DNA of 64,000 bases from the human T2T-CHM13v2.0 reference genome, Homo sapiens. The notes below the pieces were generated by a model. That model did not search any database. It saw only the letters and a program-made list of their open reading frames with translations, and was not told the origin of the DNA. Shown one piece after another: positions 30,011 to 46,032 of this stretch. The DNA lies in NCBI RefSeq assembly GCF_009914755.1, contig NC_060942.1; one strand, written 5' to 3'. The translations under genes and the position numbers were made by a program. How positions within the stretch are numbered: position 1 is the first letter of the stretch; every line of letters starts with the position of its first letter.

Positions 30011-30889
30011 AGTAAATAAATAAAATGAGAAAACAATAAATATAGTAGCTCTAGTAACCTCTCCCTACACTCCCATGGGCTGTCTTGCATATTCTGAATT
30101 ATATATATTTCACTTTGGTGATCACTACACTTTAGAATGGGGGACTGCCTTTAACAACAACAACAAAAAGTCAAATTATCAATGAACTTTAAATAGTAAT
30201 AGCAAGTGAGCAAACAGGGACTATGGGTTTGTGGACCGTGATTTTTTTTGGATTTTAAGTGTTCTAAAGGCCCAAGGATCCCTCTAAACCAAAAAATGTC
30301 CTTGGCTTCTCAATAAGCATACTGCTGTGAAGTCCCAACTCATTATTTCCAAACCAACCTCACAGTCCAAGGCATTCCAGACTCAGAGGAGGAGCTCCAA
30401 TGTAATCCTGATCACAATCCTGAATTCTACATGCAGCTGAGTGTTCAATGTGCTGGGCTAGATCCTCCTATTGCATACATGCTCCTTTAAATAGGGTCAC
30501 TCTGTCACTTTCTCTGCCTTTATGCCAAGTAACTGTTAACAGAGGCTAATGAATAGAGCAACTACTAGGAATTAATGATAGGTAAGCAGAGACATCTTAT
30601 AAACCATAAAAATACAAAACAACCCTGAGCTTGAATTACAGATCAAGAAATTATACATCAAGCACCAAGCAAGGGCTGACTTAAAAAGAAAAAGAGAGGG
30701 AAAGCAAGCAATTAATTCTGTTGATGCTGAGGAACCAGGATAAATCTCAGAGAACCAAGAAAGCTATGGCTAATTTTTAAAAACACTGACCAAGTACCTA
30801 CCATGTACAAAGCCTTGGATATGGATGAGGGGTGTCAAGCATAAAAAGATGAGGATGGAACTGAACTCAAAGGATGTCAGGACACCATG

Positions 30890-32050
<1,161 letters not shown>

Positions 32051-32910
32051 AAGGCAAGGAAAGCAAGAAGAAAGAAGGCAAGGAATGAAGGAAAGAAAAC
32101 AAGAAAAAGACACCTACTGGAGATAAAATATACACATGATGTGAAAGTAGGAGGGTTTAAGGATCCAAATGAAAGTGTTTCAACTCTTAGAGTTTCCTAA
32201 ATCCCATCCTGGTGCTGGGGTCAATACTCAAAAGACTGCAGCCCTAGAAAAAAAAGAACTAGAATAGAAGAGAATTATCTTCCCCACTTTTTCCCTGTCC
32301 CCAAGATGGCTAGAAAAGCTTAGAGAAAACTGACATCACAAGTTTTGGCCTGAAAAAGGGTCACAGACATCTTTGAGTGCCTGGGGGAGAACAGCTTAGG
32401 ACATACGAAGACTGAAATCAAGTGGTTCCAGAAGAGCAATCAGAACTGTGACAATGACAAGTAAGCACCTCCAAGCCAAACAAAGGTGAGCTCCTGATCT
32501 CCTCCATGCAACCAACCTCCCACATCACATATGGATCCCTACAAATTCTTACAAATTCTTACACTGCATGTAAGAATGGGAGTAGAGATAATTGCTTAAA
32601 GGTATTCAGCTACTAACAACTTCCAATTAAAAAAAATATACAGTCAGAGGAAGGTTATGTTTATGAGGTCGTAAAAAGCCCTAGAACAAGCTTCAAGCCT
32701 TCAGGTAGAAGGCACGGTGGGGCTGGAGATTCAAAAGGGAGTATTCCCTCCATATAATCACTTAGATACTGACAAAACCATAGAAACAATGACCATCTGA
32801 GTGACTACCCATTTTCTTATCAATAAATTGTTTTATTATGAATATGACCAGTTCAAATTACATTCAGATATGCTAAAAAAAAAAAAAAAAAAGGAGGGCT
32901 ATAATTTCAC

Positions 32911-33034
32911 CTGCTGATTCTGCATCACTTTTGCTAGCCTGTGAATATCATAATGCTTTGGTAGAGAAGGGATATAGGTATCTCCTTTTTGAAAATTCTC
33001 ATCTTCTAGCCATAATATATATACATTGAAGAGC
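32911..33034 (-). CDS. EPG5: EPG5 coding exon (~24), 124 nt
   Basis: CTTTTAG|GCTC ... GCAG|GTGAAA; [41 protein letters not shown]. Confidence 0.95.
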
Positions 33035-33620
33035 CTAAAAGATAAAAACATAATTATACGAAACATAAAAAGATGAGCATACAAACAAAGCTTCTTACAT
33101 CTCTAGGAACACTGGCACCCCTACATAAGAGTAAAGAAAGCCCATAATACAGAAAATGTGGCCAACAACCACCACGGCTCCCAGAGAACTCCTGGTCCAG
33201 CAGGGGAGGCACGTCACAGATTATTCAAATATGATGCGATAATTGCTAAAACAAAAGGTATGAAGAAGGGGCTCTGACAACAATTCTTAAAGTAGATTTA
33301 AATACAGTACACAGAAAAAAATAACTGGAAAAGATGATTTTTACCACAGACCTGGGATCTGAATCTGGAGCTTTTCTTTCCTAGGCAATTCAGTCAGTTA
33401 TTTTTGCTTAGAAAAGCAAAAATAATACATTCAAATAAAAACATTTTCAGAGAAAATATTAAGAGCTATTTTAAACTTATGCATTGTAGGAATTTTCCAG
33501 CTTTAGGCTCAAGAACCATCTCCCACCTCAGAGAATCGCAAATAAATATCACAGCATGTGTGTACGCCCCTCTCATCAAGAAGGAATAAAATCAAATCAG
33601 ACTTAAAAAAATAAAAGTTC

Positions 33621-33960
<340 letters not shown>

Positions 33961-34764
33961 TCATTTTTATTTTGCTTTTGTTTTTACCAGCAGTGCTAGA
34001 AAAATAGTCGGCAAATACACAAATTACTGGGTAGGGGACTGGGAGATGGTCTGGCCTGACTTTACTCAATAAAGTGGAAAATTACCTCCTTTACCTCTGC
34101 AACAGCCAGTCCAGGAAGACAGACAAGGACAGGGCTTTGGGGTTCTTACAGGGAAGAGGTTGCTAAGTAGTTCTCTCCTCCAGCTTCTGGCTCAGTGAAA
34201 TAGATGGCCACTTTATGAACACATACCAGGAGGGGGATATAACAGAGGCAGAAAGGAATATCAAAGACTCTCTTGGCTTATCTAAAATATTCACAGAGAA
34301 AGCCGTCCACTGGTTAAGGCTGGTTAAAAATAAGTTCTCCTTCAACAAGCAACATAAGGGAAGAAATCATTCTGGAGGCTGACAGAGAGTCGTAAAAGGT
34401 TGAGGGCAAATAAACCTAAGGCCTCAGTGCTAGATGAAATGGGGACCTCACCTAGCTATTGTGTATTGAGGATTAATTCTTAAGAGCCATTTTTATTAAG
34501 TCTTATTTGTAAGACTAGTATTTGATTTATATCAAACTTATAAATGAAAGGGGAAGGAATAGTGTGAAAGGAATCCAAACCTACTTCAGAGTTCTTAACC
34601 TTTTAGAGGAGGCAAATATTGTACCCTGATTTTATAGGGCACATATTTTTGGGAGATTACTAGACCCCTCATCTCAGGTGGATCCCTGAATCCCGTGAAG
34701 GATCTATGAACCACACTTAAAGAGCCCTGCCCTGGTCATTTGTTTCTTTTGAAGAGCTATTCTA

Positions 34765-34932
34765 AGCTACGTGTGGTGGCACACACCTGTAGTCTCAACT
34801 GCTCAGGAGGATCACGTGAGCCCAGGAGTTTGGGGCTGAGGTGCACTATGATCGTCTCACTATAATCGTGCCTATGAATAGCCACTGCATTCCAGCCTGG
34901 GCAACATAGTGAGACACTCCTTCTTAAAAAAA
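34765..34932 (+). mobile_element. FAM (fossil Alu monomer)
   Basis: Retains the 7SL-like gtgcactatgatcg...gcctatgaatagccactgca segment; TSD aagaRctattcta. Confidence 0.8.
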
Positions 34933-34949
34933 GAACTATTCTAGCAAGG

Positions 34950-35158
<209 letters not shown>

Positions 35159-35473
35159 TAGCAGGCTTTAATAGTTGTTTACCTGCTATGATAAAATTTG
35201 GCTTATTTCTATTTTTACGTAAAGAAGTAGAAGAGGATTTATCGCTCAGACTACAGGCACTCGACACAAGTACATCCAAACTGTTGATTCAGTTCTCTTG
35301 AGGAACATAAAAGAGAAACATTTCAAGATGCAAATCTATATCAAAGCCACCTTCCATATTCAATCTAACCGTGTTAAGAGAATAACATCTAGCAGTTTGT
35401 AACACAGTTAACTGCTCCAGCATAGTACCTGTGCTGCAAACAACAATGTAGGTGGCTAAATAACCATACTCAC

Positions 35474-35695
35474 CTCACCAGCTCCTTGTGCAGTTCTGGT
35501 GAAGTCAGGTAACCAGGGGTGCCAGAGTGGCTCTCTGGCAGCCCTTCACTGCCCTCTGCTGGAACACGGAGGGCCTTGCTTGCAGCATGGTGGAAGTCAG
35601 CCACCTCGGTCAAACGTCTCTTCATTTCTTTCAACAAATTGATATGAGCAGGACTTTGAAAAAACCTTCTTCCAATACAACCATCTATGGGTAAC
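35474..35695 (-). CDS. EPG5: EPG5 coding exon (~23), 222 nt
   Basis: TTTTAAG|GTTA ... TGAG|GTGAGT; [27 protein letters not shown]...SPELHKELV. Confidence 0.95.
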
Positions 35696-36006
35696 CTTAA
35701 AAAACACAAGCACAGATCTATAACCTTTCAACACAAGATGTACTTTCTGTATGGCATAAAATAGCAGTTAATTAGCAAGGCAATTTACTGTGATTGTGGA
35801 TATACACCATTAAATTAACACCTATTATTTCTACCTCAAAGATTATTTTGATGGTCCAACAAGATGGTGTATATGAAAGTAGTTTTAAAAAGTGTGAAAT
35901 GCTACACAAATTTAAGACATCACTACTTAGAGGTACAGCATAAAGATGGTTTCTATTCTTGAAGAACTTGCAATCTGGCAAAAACTAAAACAGAAGCGAC
36001 TAAGAA

Positions 36007-36028
36007 TCTATCTATCTATCTATCTATC

Positions 36029-36078
<50 letters not shown>

Positions 36079-36080
36079 CA
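36007..36080. repeat. Compound (TCTA)n(CA)n(TA)n microsatellite
   Basis: Direct reading; abuts an Alu tail. Confidence 0.95.
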
Positions 36081-36706
<626 letters not shown>

Positions 36707-37236
36707 TGAGTAAGTTAAGGGAATGAGGAATTGAGGCAGGAGCTAGAGAGCAATGGTTCGTAATAGTGGATGGCTCTGGCTGGGTGGAGTATCTTCATAT
36801 GAATCCCATGAAAATGCTGAATATTCCCAAGTACAACCTACAGGTGACAGACAAAGCCTGGCCTTTGTTCACACGCGCACCACTCATCACAAGGTCCCCT
36901 CCTACAAGCCCCATGACGGTCACACAGGCAGCCTCAGTTTAAGGCAGTTGCTCTCCCTTTGCATCTCCAGAAGTTCTGTGTGAAACCTTGCCCAATCCCA
37001 GGGTGTTGTCTTTACTACACTGGTCATGGAAGATGGTAAAGAGAAGCTGCCACAAGACACCAGCAACTCAATAAAGATCCAGTCTAATAAATGTCAAACA
37101 TAGAGACAAAGAGTCCTCACCAGAGATCACCAAAGAATGATTCCAACTCACACTCCACAGTCTAAGAACACATAGAATGAGAGCAGTGCAAAGGCAGAAA
37201 TGGACTCACAGAAACCTACAATACTGGGCAGCATAC

Positions 37237-37403
37237 CCATACTGTGGTCCCGGACGGTGAAGATACAGAAGGAAGAACTTCTGCCAAATGAGTGGCAGGA
37301 GGGGGTGATCAGAAGGTGTGACCAGAGCCTGGTGGGCCCAGCGATAAATCAGCAGCCTCTGGAGGGATGGCACGATGGGGAGCTTCAGCTGGGTCTGGGC
37401 TTT
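37237..37403 (-). CDS. EPG5: EPG5 coding exon (~22), 167 nt
   Basis: TTTGTAG|AAAG ... ATGG|GTATGC; [55 protein letters not shown]. Confidence 0.95.
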
Positions 37404-37752
37404 CTACAAAAAAGAAAGGGCTTTGAGTAGCCACAAAATGAACATAAATGCAAACGGTTAACTCTTTCTAAGTGATCCAACTGAAACACCAAACATTCTG
37501 TTTTCAATTCAATAATATATTTTTTAAAAGTCACATAAAACTCACTTCTCCAATCCACTAGTTAACATTTTAACCTCCTTGGTAGCAAGACATGTAGGGC
37601 AGCTTTTTATTCTGTCAAAACACTTCACAGACCCCAAAATGGGTATGGGTCTTAAGAGTCATCTAGTCTAACCTCATTTTCATTTCTGAAATTCCTTGGC
37701 GAATACAACGTTATAGTGCAAGGGAATAGAAAGATATGAAAACCAAAAGTAA

Positions 37753-38112
<360 letters not shown>

Positions 38113-38143
38113 TCAGATTTCAAAAGGACATTCGAGAATGCTG

Positions 38144-38207
38144 AATTCTTTGAGAGGCTCTGAAACCCAAAAGCAAATTCTTTAACAGGCTCTGAAACCC
38201 AAAAGCA
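38144..38207. repeat. 32-bp tandem duplication
   Basis: aattcttt(gag/aac)aggctctgaaacccaaaagca twice, 2 mismatches. Confidence 0.9.
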
Positions 38208-38244
38208 AAATCTATACTAAAATAGAAGGTCTTTAAAGCCTTAT

Positions 38245-38405
38245 TCCAGTCTTTCCCACATATTAGTAAGCCTAAGAATCAGCTAGGAGTTTCAAAAAAT
38301 AACCTCCTTGTCCCACTCGAGACTCAGAGACTCCAAATCCCAGAAGATGAGGTCTAGGAATCTGCTTTTTAACAAGTTCTCCAGGGAATTCTGATGTACG
38401 TGGGA
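38245..38405. mobile_element. MER5A-like fragment
   Basis: ggaatctgctttttaacaagttctccagggaattctgatg. Confidence 0.65.
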
Positions 38406-38652
38406 TGCAATGACAACACCCGTCACATGTGCAATGATCCAGCCTTCAAATACTAGGCTGAGACTCTTGTTAAACAAACCTTGAGAAGCAAGTACTCTTC
38501 AATTACACAGTTTTAAGTATTGGTTTGGTTGTTGAGCTTTCCAAACATTCACAACAAAATAAAACACAAAAGCTCAAAAGCTACGGGTGAATCCATCAGC
38601 ATCAAAGTGTAAGCCACCTTCTACCACTCAAATGCAGAACTGCTATTTGTAC

Positions 38653-38775
38653 CTTCAGAGCTTGGTCAGGGGTGAAAGCAGAGTTTATCACCAATTCCCC
38701 TTCAATAACTCTCCGGAGCTGGGAGTCCTCTTCAAAGATGGATTCCATGTTGAGCACTGTCCAGGCAAACCAGAC
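38653..38775 (-). CDS. EPG5: EPG5 coding exon (~21), 123 nt
   Basis: ATTATAG|GTCT ... GAAG|GTACAA; [41 protein letters not shown]. Confidence 0.95.
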
Positions 38776-39469
38776 CTATAATGACACCAGATAAAGGGGA
38801 GGGGAAGGAGGAGCTCGCCCCACTGACGAAATACATCCTGATATTCCACAATTTAAATCTCTTCCTATCTCAAGCTCAATCAGCAAATATTTGCAGTTTC
38901 TAAAATTAACACCTTTTTATACCTACCTATATCCTTGTCGCAGATATAAATTTAAATAAAATAGATCATTGGAAAATGTTACATTCCTTTGGAAAGGCTA
39001 CTTTAGTACAAGATGTTCATTAACTCCATATTTACCAGGCAAGATCTGTGTGCAAGAGAGACAGGAAAGAGGACCAGACAGGGGCTCTGTCTTTAAGAAG
39101 TCTTCCATCTACTGGAGTAGACAAGACTAATATATAAGTAAGCAAAATGTGAAGTTGAGCAGTGACGAGGACTGAGTCAAGGTAAAGTGCTATATCAGAG
39201 AAGGTTCTATGTAGATGTCAGAGGGAAAGGCATGCTGGTAAGAGAATCCGCTAGGCAGAGACAAAAAGAGGAAAAGCCCGGGATGTGTCTAGGTAACAGC
39301 AAGGAGTTTGTTCCAGCTCAATCCATGAGAGGTGGGAAGAAGAGCAAGAAGTAAGACAAATAAGAGGTTGAAGAACATTACTACTGATTTAAGAGATGAA
39401 ACAGACATAATTTTATACACAAAGTCTAAGAGGTGGTAATGATAAAAATAATGCTGCTGCTGATGATAA

Positions 39470-39690
39470 TAATAACAATGGCCAACACTCAGTGAGCACT
39501 GGTTATGTGCGAAGCACTGTTCTAAATGCTTTACATATAGGTGCCATCATTATTCCCATTTGACAATTGAGAAAACTGAGGACAGATAGGTAGGCAAGCT
39601 GCCCAAGGCACAGAGCTAACAAACGGCAGAAACCAGATTGAAACCCAGACTGTCTGGTTCCAGTGACCACTCTAAACCTCTCTGCAGTGC
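39470..39690 (-). mobile_element. MIR
   Basis: cactgttctaaatgctttaca...cccatttgacaattgagaaaactgagg. Confidence 0.75.
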
Positions 39691-39784
39691 TGCTGGGCAG
39701 TCTCTGCAGTCCGGCTGGCTGCGGTATGATCAAGAGCTGTCTACTCCTGAGACAGTCCTTAATTCCACTGAACCTCAGTTACAG

Positions 39785-40341
<557 letters not shown>

Positions 40342-40456
40342 CTAGAATAAGTGCTAAATAAAAGTTAGTTTAGACAATTAGTAATTTCTTTGTAAGGATG
40401 ATCATGAGATTAAAGTTCACAAAGATAACAAATGATCCTCTCAGTGAGTTTCCTAC

Positions 40457-40567
40457 CTGAGTGGGCGTGGCCAAGCCCTCCACAAAGGAAGGAGTGATGT
40501 TGCCTGCCACAATCCAGCTTACCAAAGATGAGAGCAGACTCCGGTCACAGTGGTAACCCAAGGCATT
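40457..40567 (-). CDS. EPG5: EPG5 coding exon (~20), 111 nt
   Basis: GGTGTAG|AATG ... TCAG|GTAGGA; [37 protein letters not shown]. Confidence 0.95.
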
Positions 40568-40954
40568 CTACACCGGGAGATGTGGAGCAGAGAGAGGAGG
40601 TTTTAAGGAAAATCTTATCAATGACCTTTACAAGAGTATCAGCAACTGTCTTACTACAATACAAGATTCTGATAAGACAGAGATTTCAAGGATGAGTCCA
40701 CCAGCAGCAATAGTCCAAGGCAGAGCATTACAGCCAAATGTAACAAGCGGGACTCTTCCTGGGCTGTCCTTTCCAACTTCCCTAGGGTCTACGCTAGTGG
40801 ACTACGATTATCGGGATAAGGTACCATTAAGGCAAAGCTTAAAGAAGGTAATGGCCACAGAGTAGAACTGAAAACTGTACTTGGGGGAATCTTTTTAGAA
40901 AGCTACTTTATCTAGCCAATCACTGAAAGATAAATTCTCTAACAGGTTAATTAC

Positions 40955-41152
40955 CTTATGTTGTTGGTAGAGTAATTTCTGTATGCAGTCTTCCTGCATC
41001 AGCTGAAAAGCTGCTTTACACAAGTGGTCCATGAGGAAGAGGATAGGTTGTTCTCGGTACCAGAGATGCTGGCTTATGAGAGCCTGAACCCAGAACTCCA
41101 ACACAGCAACGGGGCCCACTTCATTGGGCTGAGTGCTTACAGATATGTGTGC
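40955..41152 (-). CDS. EPG5: EPG5 coding exon (~19), 198 nt
   Basis: CCACAG|GCAC ... TAAG|GTAATT; AHISVSTQPNEVGPVAVLEFWVQALISQHLWY...LLYQQHK. Confidence 0.95.
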
Positions 41153-41383
41153 CTGTGGAGAAAAGGCTCATGTGATGGGAAAGATAACAACCAGCCTCTC
41201 ATTTTTTAAATAGCAACAAAATGCTATCTACCTCCACTACAAATCCCAAATCTATTGCCTTTCTTGGCCAAAAGCACACTAAGCCAAGTGATCTGAAATG
41301 ACTAAAACCTAAGTGTGCTAACGCTAGAGGTCTTGGTTGGGAAGACAGGCGGGAGTGTGCTTAGGGGCTTGCAAGGCCCTCAC

Positions 41384-41528
41384 CTGGATCATGCTGTTGA
41401 GAAGCTTCACGTTGTCCCCATGGCTGGCTCCTGTCAGGTGCTGTGCCACCTTGTGGGTGACCTGTTGTGTGACACCCTGAGGGACACCGCTGTCCAAGTG
41501 TAGGAACAAGAGGAGATGCGATAAAAAC
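41384..41528 (-). CDS. EPG5: EPG5 coding exon (~18), 145 nt
   Basis: TTGGCAG|GTTT ... CCAG|GTGAGG; FLSHLLLFLHLDSGVPQGVTQQVTHKVAQHLTGASHGDNVKLLNSMIQ. Confidence 0.95.
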
Positions 41529-41844
41529 CTGCCAAGCACACAGGAGGACGCACTTTACCTTCCGATCAGAACTCAACAGAATTTTCCCTAATTACTTATG
41601 AGGAAACAGAAAATTCCTAAATTGGTCCCATTTTTCGACCAAAGCACTATTTAAGAAGGGATTCTAGAAGAATAAAGTTTTCACATTTAACATGGGTTAA
41701 AAGGAATTCTATCTACCCACAGAGGTATTAAGAACAGATCCACGACACACAAACACATGCAAGTTAAACAGCATTAGAGGAAAAACACCCAAAGGCACCA
41801 CTCTCCCCTCCTCACTCCCCAACTCCATGAATAAAGGCAGAGAT

Positions 41845-42030
41845 GTTTCCAAACCATTCAGTTTCCAAACTTGCCTCATACCCAGGGTGCTGATTCTTAA
41901 AAAGGGGTTGAAGGGTTAGGTGAGTAGTTCCCAGGACCTAACCCATTTCTACTAAAGTAACATCTCCGGGGGAGAAACCTGGGAATCCATATTTAATAAG
42001 CTCTTTTGGGCAAATTGGAGACATACTGCT
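41845..42030. mobile_element. MER5A-like fragment
   Basis: cagtttccaaactt...cctgggaatccatatttaataagctc...ttggagacatactg. Confidence 0.55.
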
Positions 42031-42624
42031 TGAAAAGACACATAACAGGAAAACTGTAATGCTCCCCTTGTGCCTTTGGATGTACTTCATGTCCCCACTG
42101 TACAGGGTTCCTCCATATGGGGTGAGGCCTCACCTCCCCTTTCATCACTGTTCATGAGGCCCCAGCCAGATGCTTTACTCTTGCCTCCCTAGACAGGTTG
42201 TTCTCTTCCCACCTTCCTAGCATCTTATCTGTTTGCAACACTGCACTATGTGCACTGTAAACAATTTAAAACAATCTTTTCTATTGTTACAATGGCAAAC
42301 CATTTGCTGCTTAATATCAGAAGCACGATTCCCAGAATCTCAGGGAAACAACTGCTCCTTCATATACTATTAAGCTTTAATAAGCAATTCAAAGTTATAA
42401 TAAATGAAAAGGAAAAATATCTTTCATGGTAATAAAACTGGAGTCATTATTAGAATCACTGTTCATCAACCTGCATTCTAAACTGGGGTGCAGAATATTT
42501 TTGCCCCATAATACGCTGTTGAAATAGCATTCCCTTTATTTTACTTAAGAAACCAGAAGACACAATCATTTGTACTTGCTGGACTGTTTAAGAGTGTCTC
42601 CTGCCATAGATGGAACACACTTAC

Positions 42625-42765
42625 TGCTCATTCTTCAGAAGGTAATACTGGCAAGGGTAAAATAAAGGCAGAATCTTATCCAGGACATGAGCCACTGTTC
42701 TCAAATGTCTTGACTGGACCAGAATTCCCAATAGTGGGATGCCTTCTGCACAGAACTTCTCAATG
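42625..42765 (-). CDS. EPG5: EPG5 coding exon (~17), 141 nt
   Basis: TCCATAG|CATT ... AGCA|GTAAGT; [46 protein letters not shown]. Confidence 0.95.
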
Positions 42766-43195
42766 CTATGGAAAAAGAGAAAGGCACTGAATACACAAGG
42801 GAGCTGGTTCATAAAATTCTGTTCTTCCAATGAGTTATGAGCCTTCAATACCTTGGGTTATCTCAGGTCTCCAACACATGTTTTATACCCAATCTTCACA
42901 CAGAAATACTAAACCCAGAATTCTAGAATTGCAAAGAAACTTAAAAGTTAATCTTTATTTTCATTGTATGGATGAGGAAGGTGAAGTATCATGCCCAAAT
43001 TCACATAATTTCCTAGAGTAAGGTCAAAATGAGAACGCCAGTTTGCAAATTTCTAATCCAGAGTGCTCTCTACTACCATATTTTATTTCTCAAAAAGAGC
43101 TTCTCCTAAGAGCCGTAGGGACTCTCCTTGTCTGGATATTCCCACAAGGTATCACAGCAAAGAGGAGACTCAAAAGTGACCTCAATCTGTCAGTA

Positions 43196-43410
43196 CAGGT
43201 TGACTATCCCTTAACTGAAATGCTTGAGACCAAGTATTTTAGATTTTGGAACACTCGTATCATACTTAAAAGCTGAGCATCCCTAATCCAAAAGTCCCAA
43301 ATCCAAAATGCCCCAATGAACATTTCCTTTGAGTGCAATGTCAGAACTCAAAGTTTCAGATTTTGGAGCATTTCAAAGTTTAGATTTTCAGATTAGGGAT
43401 ACTCAACCTG
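43196..43410. mobile_element. Tigger4a (MER46A)-like MITE
   Basis: Terminal inverted repeats caggttgactatccct / agggatactcaacctg, preceded by TA. Confidence 0.85.
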
Positions 43411-44342
43411 CATAAACTGCAAAATTCTGCTAAAACCAATTTGGCATAAAAGTTTTATTCTCTGCCTCACTTCAAAGAATCTATCCTTAAAAAATAATCT
43501 CAAATACGGAAAAAAATATAAAATATGATCCATATAAAGAGGCGCTTTTCAGGTTTATTTTTAACTCTAAAACTGAGAGGTTGAAAATGACTTAAGGCAA
43601 TTTTAGAAAAATCCTTTCAATTGGAAATATTATTGTATCATTTTAAAATAATACACATGATGACCAAAGGCAATGTGGAAAAACACTTCTGCTATAAAGA
43701 TACTAGGGAATAAGACATAAAATTTTATACTCATGATCATAACTACTAGTAAAGAAAAGTTATTTGTGGAGGCGAATACAGGGACAATGTCACAACAAAA
43801 GAGTCATTGTACAAGAGTGGCAGAAGTGAGTGGCTTTTTCTCCACTTTCCTAATTCTGCAGTTTGGTTATACTGCTTTAATTCTGGGGGAGAAAATCATT
43901 TCAAAAAATAAAGTAATTGTGCAAAGGTTATGCCACAAGGAAGCTACTTACAATTGTAAAGTGAAAAACTAAGGATATAAAATTATACATACATCTTTAA
44001 AAAGATCAAAGGAAAAATGATGGATGAAAATAAACAGAAAAAAAATCAATGATTTTATGATGGGAAATATTCTGGGTGATTTTCTGACTTCTCTACAATG
44101 TCTGTAATATTATATTCACAAACAACTTATGTCCCTGCCTACTCCACCCATACCTAAGATTGTTTTAAGTTACTTCTATATTCCAGTACACCTAATCCCA
44201 AATGCCCACCATGGAGTTTTACACTAGAGATCAGCCCTGAGAGGAAATGCTCATTCTCACTCTCACTCCCATTCAGGATTCAGTGATCAGCACAAATCAA
44301 AAGTTATCTCTAGAGAGAGCCCACAGCAGTATCAGTGAATAA

Positions 44343-44757
<415 letters not shown>

Positions 44758-45366
44758 TACATGTGCTCTGACTCACTTAAGCCTCATAAAGTAAGTTTGG
44801 TGTTATTAGTACTCCCATTTTAGAGATGGGAAACCTGAAGTACAGGAAGCCGTTAATAACACTAGAGCTACTGGAAACAATATAAAGAGTATGTTCCTAA
44901 GGACCCTTATCAGGTCTCCTCTTTTCTAAATCAATTCTACCTTCTTTTACTTAGCTTTCAAATCTCTCCATAATTTGGCCCAACCAAACACCTGATCACC
45001 TCCATTCTCCAACATGAATCACAGGCGTCAGTGAGAAGTGTTTCCTCATCATTTCCCTTCCTCTCCCCTTACCCACTCAGACACCTGAGGCTCCTTTCCA
45101 CATTCATTCAACCCACCAGCATTTGTTGAATACCTACTAAGTATAAGATCTAGAGATACACAATTGAACAGGACAATGTCCCTACCTTCATAGAGCAAAC
45201 AGTCAATGAGGAGCAGGGGAGATTACAATGACAATAAAACACAGTGAGTGTGCTGTTCAGAATGTACAGGGGCTGCAGGTGGCAGGAGATGGCCCTTGAA
45301 GTAACTGTGGGCACTAAGTAACTGTAAGAGGAACACAACATCACTCTGCTCATCAGCCTAGGATGT

Positions 45367-45773
45367 TGTCTTAGTCCATGTTGCACTGCTATAAAGGAAT
45401 ACCTGAGACTGGGCAATTAATAAAGAAAAAAAGGCTTATTTGAGTCATAATTCTGCCGGCTGGAAGACTGGGCATCTGGTGAGAGCCTCAGGCTGCGTCC
45501 ACACATGGCAGAAGGCCAACGGGAGCTGGCAGGTTCAGAGATCACATGGTGAGACAGGAAGTGAGGAGGAGGCGGGGTGCCAGGCTCTTCTTAACAACCA
45601 ATTCTCATGGGAACTAAGAGACAAGAACTCATTCATTACTGAGAGGATGGCACTAAGACATTCATGAGGGATCAGCCCACATGACCCAAACACCTCCCAT
45701 TAGGTTCCATCTCCAACACTGGGGATCAAATGTCAACATGAGGTTTAGGGGGACAAACATCCAAACTGCGACA
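45367..45773 (-). mobile_element. MaLR solo LTR (MSTB-like)
   Basis: TG...CA ends, tgtcttagtcc...gctataaaggaatacctgagactggg signature, 5-bp TSD GATGT. Confidence 0.88.
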
Positions 45774-45879
45774 GATGTCTTGTCTAATTTAAGACTCCTT
45801 TCCAAAAGTCAGCTCTTCCATGAAGGTATCCCACCATACTGATCTCTCCTTCCTTTACATTCTTTCTGCTCAGCTTCTA

Positions 45880-46032
45880 AGTAGTTCTCAATCCAGGGTG
45901 TACATTAGAGATACTTAGAGAACTGGCCCCCAGCCCACTTAGGCCAGGATTCTCACCCTTTTCCCTGCACTGGGATTTTTAAAAGGCTCCAAAAGTGAAT
46001 CTAAAGAACAGCAGAAGTTGAGAACCACTGCT
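45880..46032. mobile_element. MER5A-like element
   Basis: gtagttctcaa ... ttgagaaccactg inverted termini. Confidence 0.7.

Noticed and set aside
34811-34822. TCACGTGA CLEAR/E-box-like motif (TFEB) in an autophagy gene
   Set aside because: It lies inside an Alu monomer, is one substitution from repeat consensus, and is far from the promoter.
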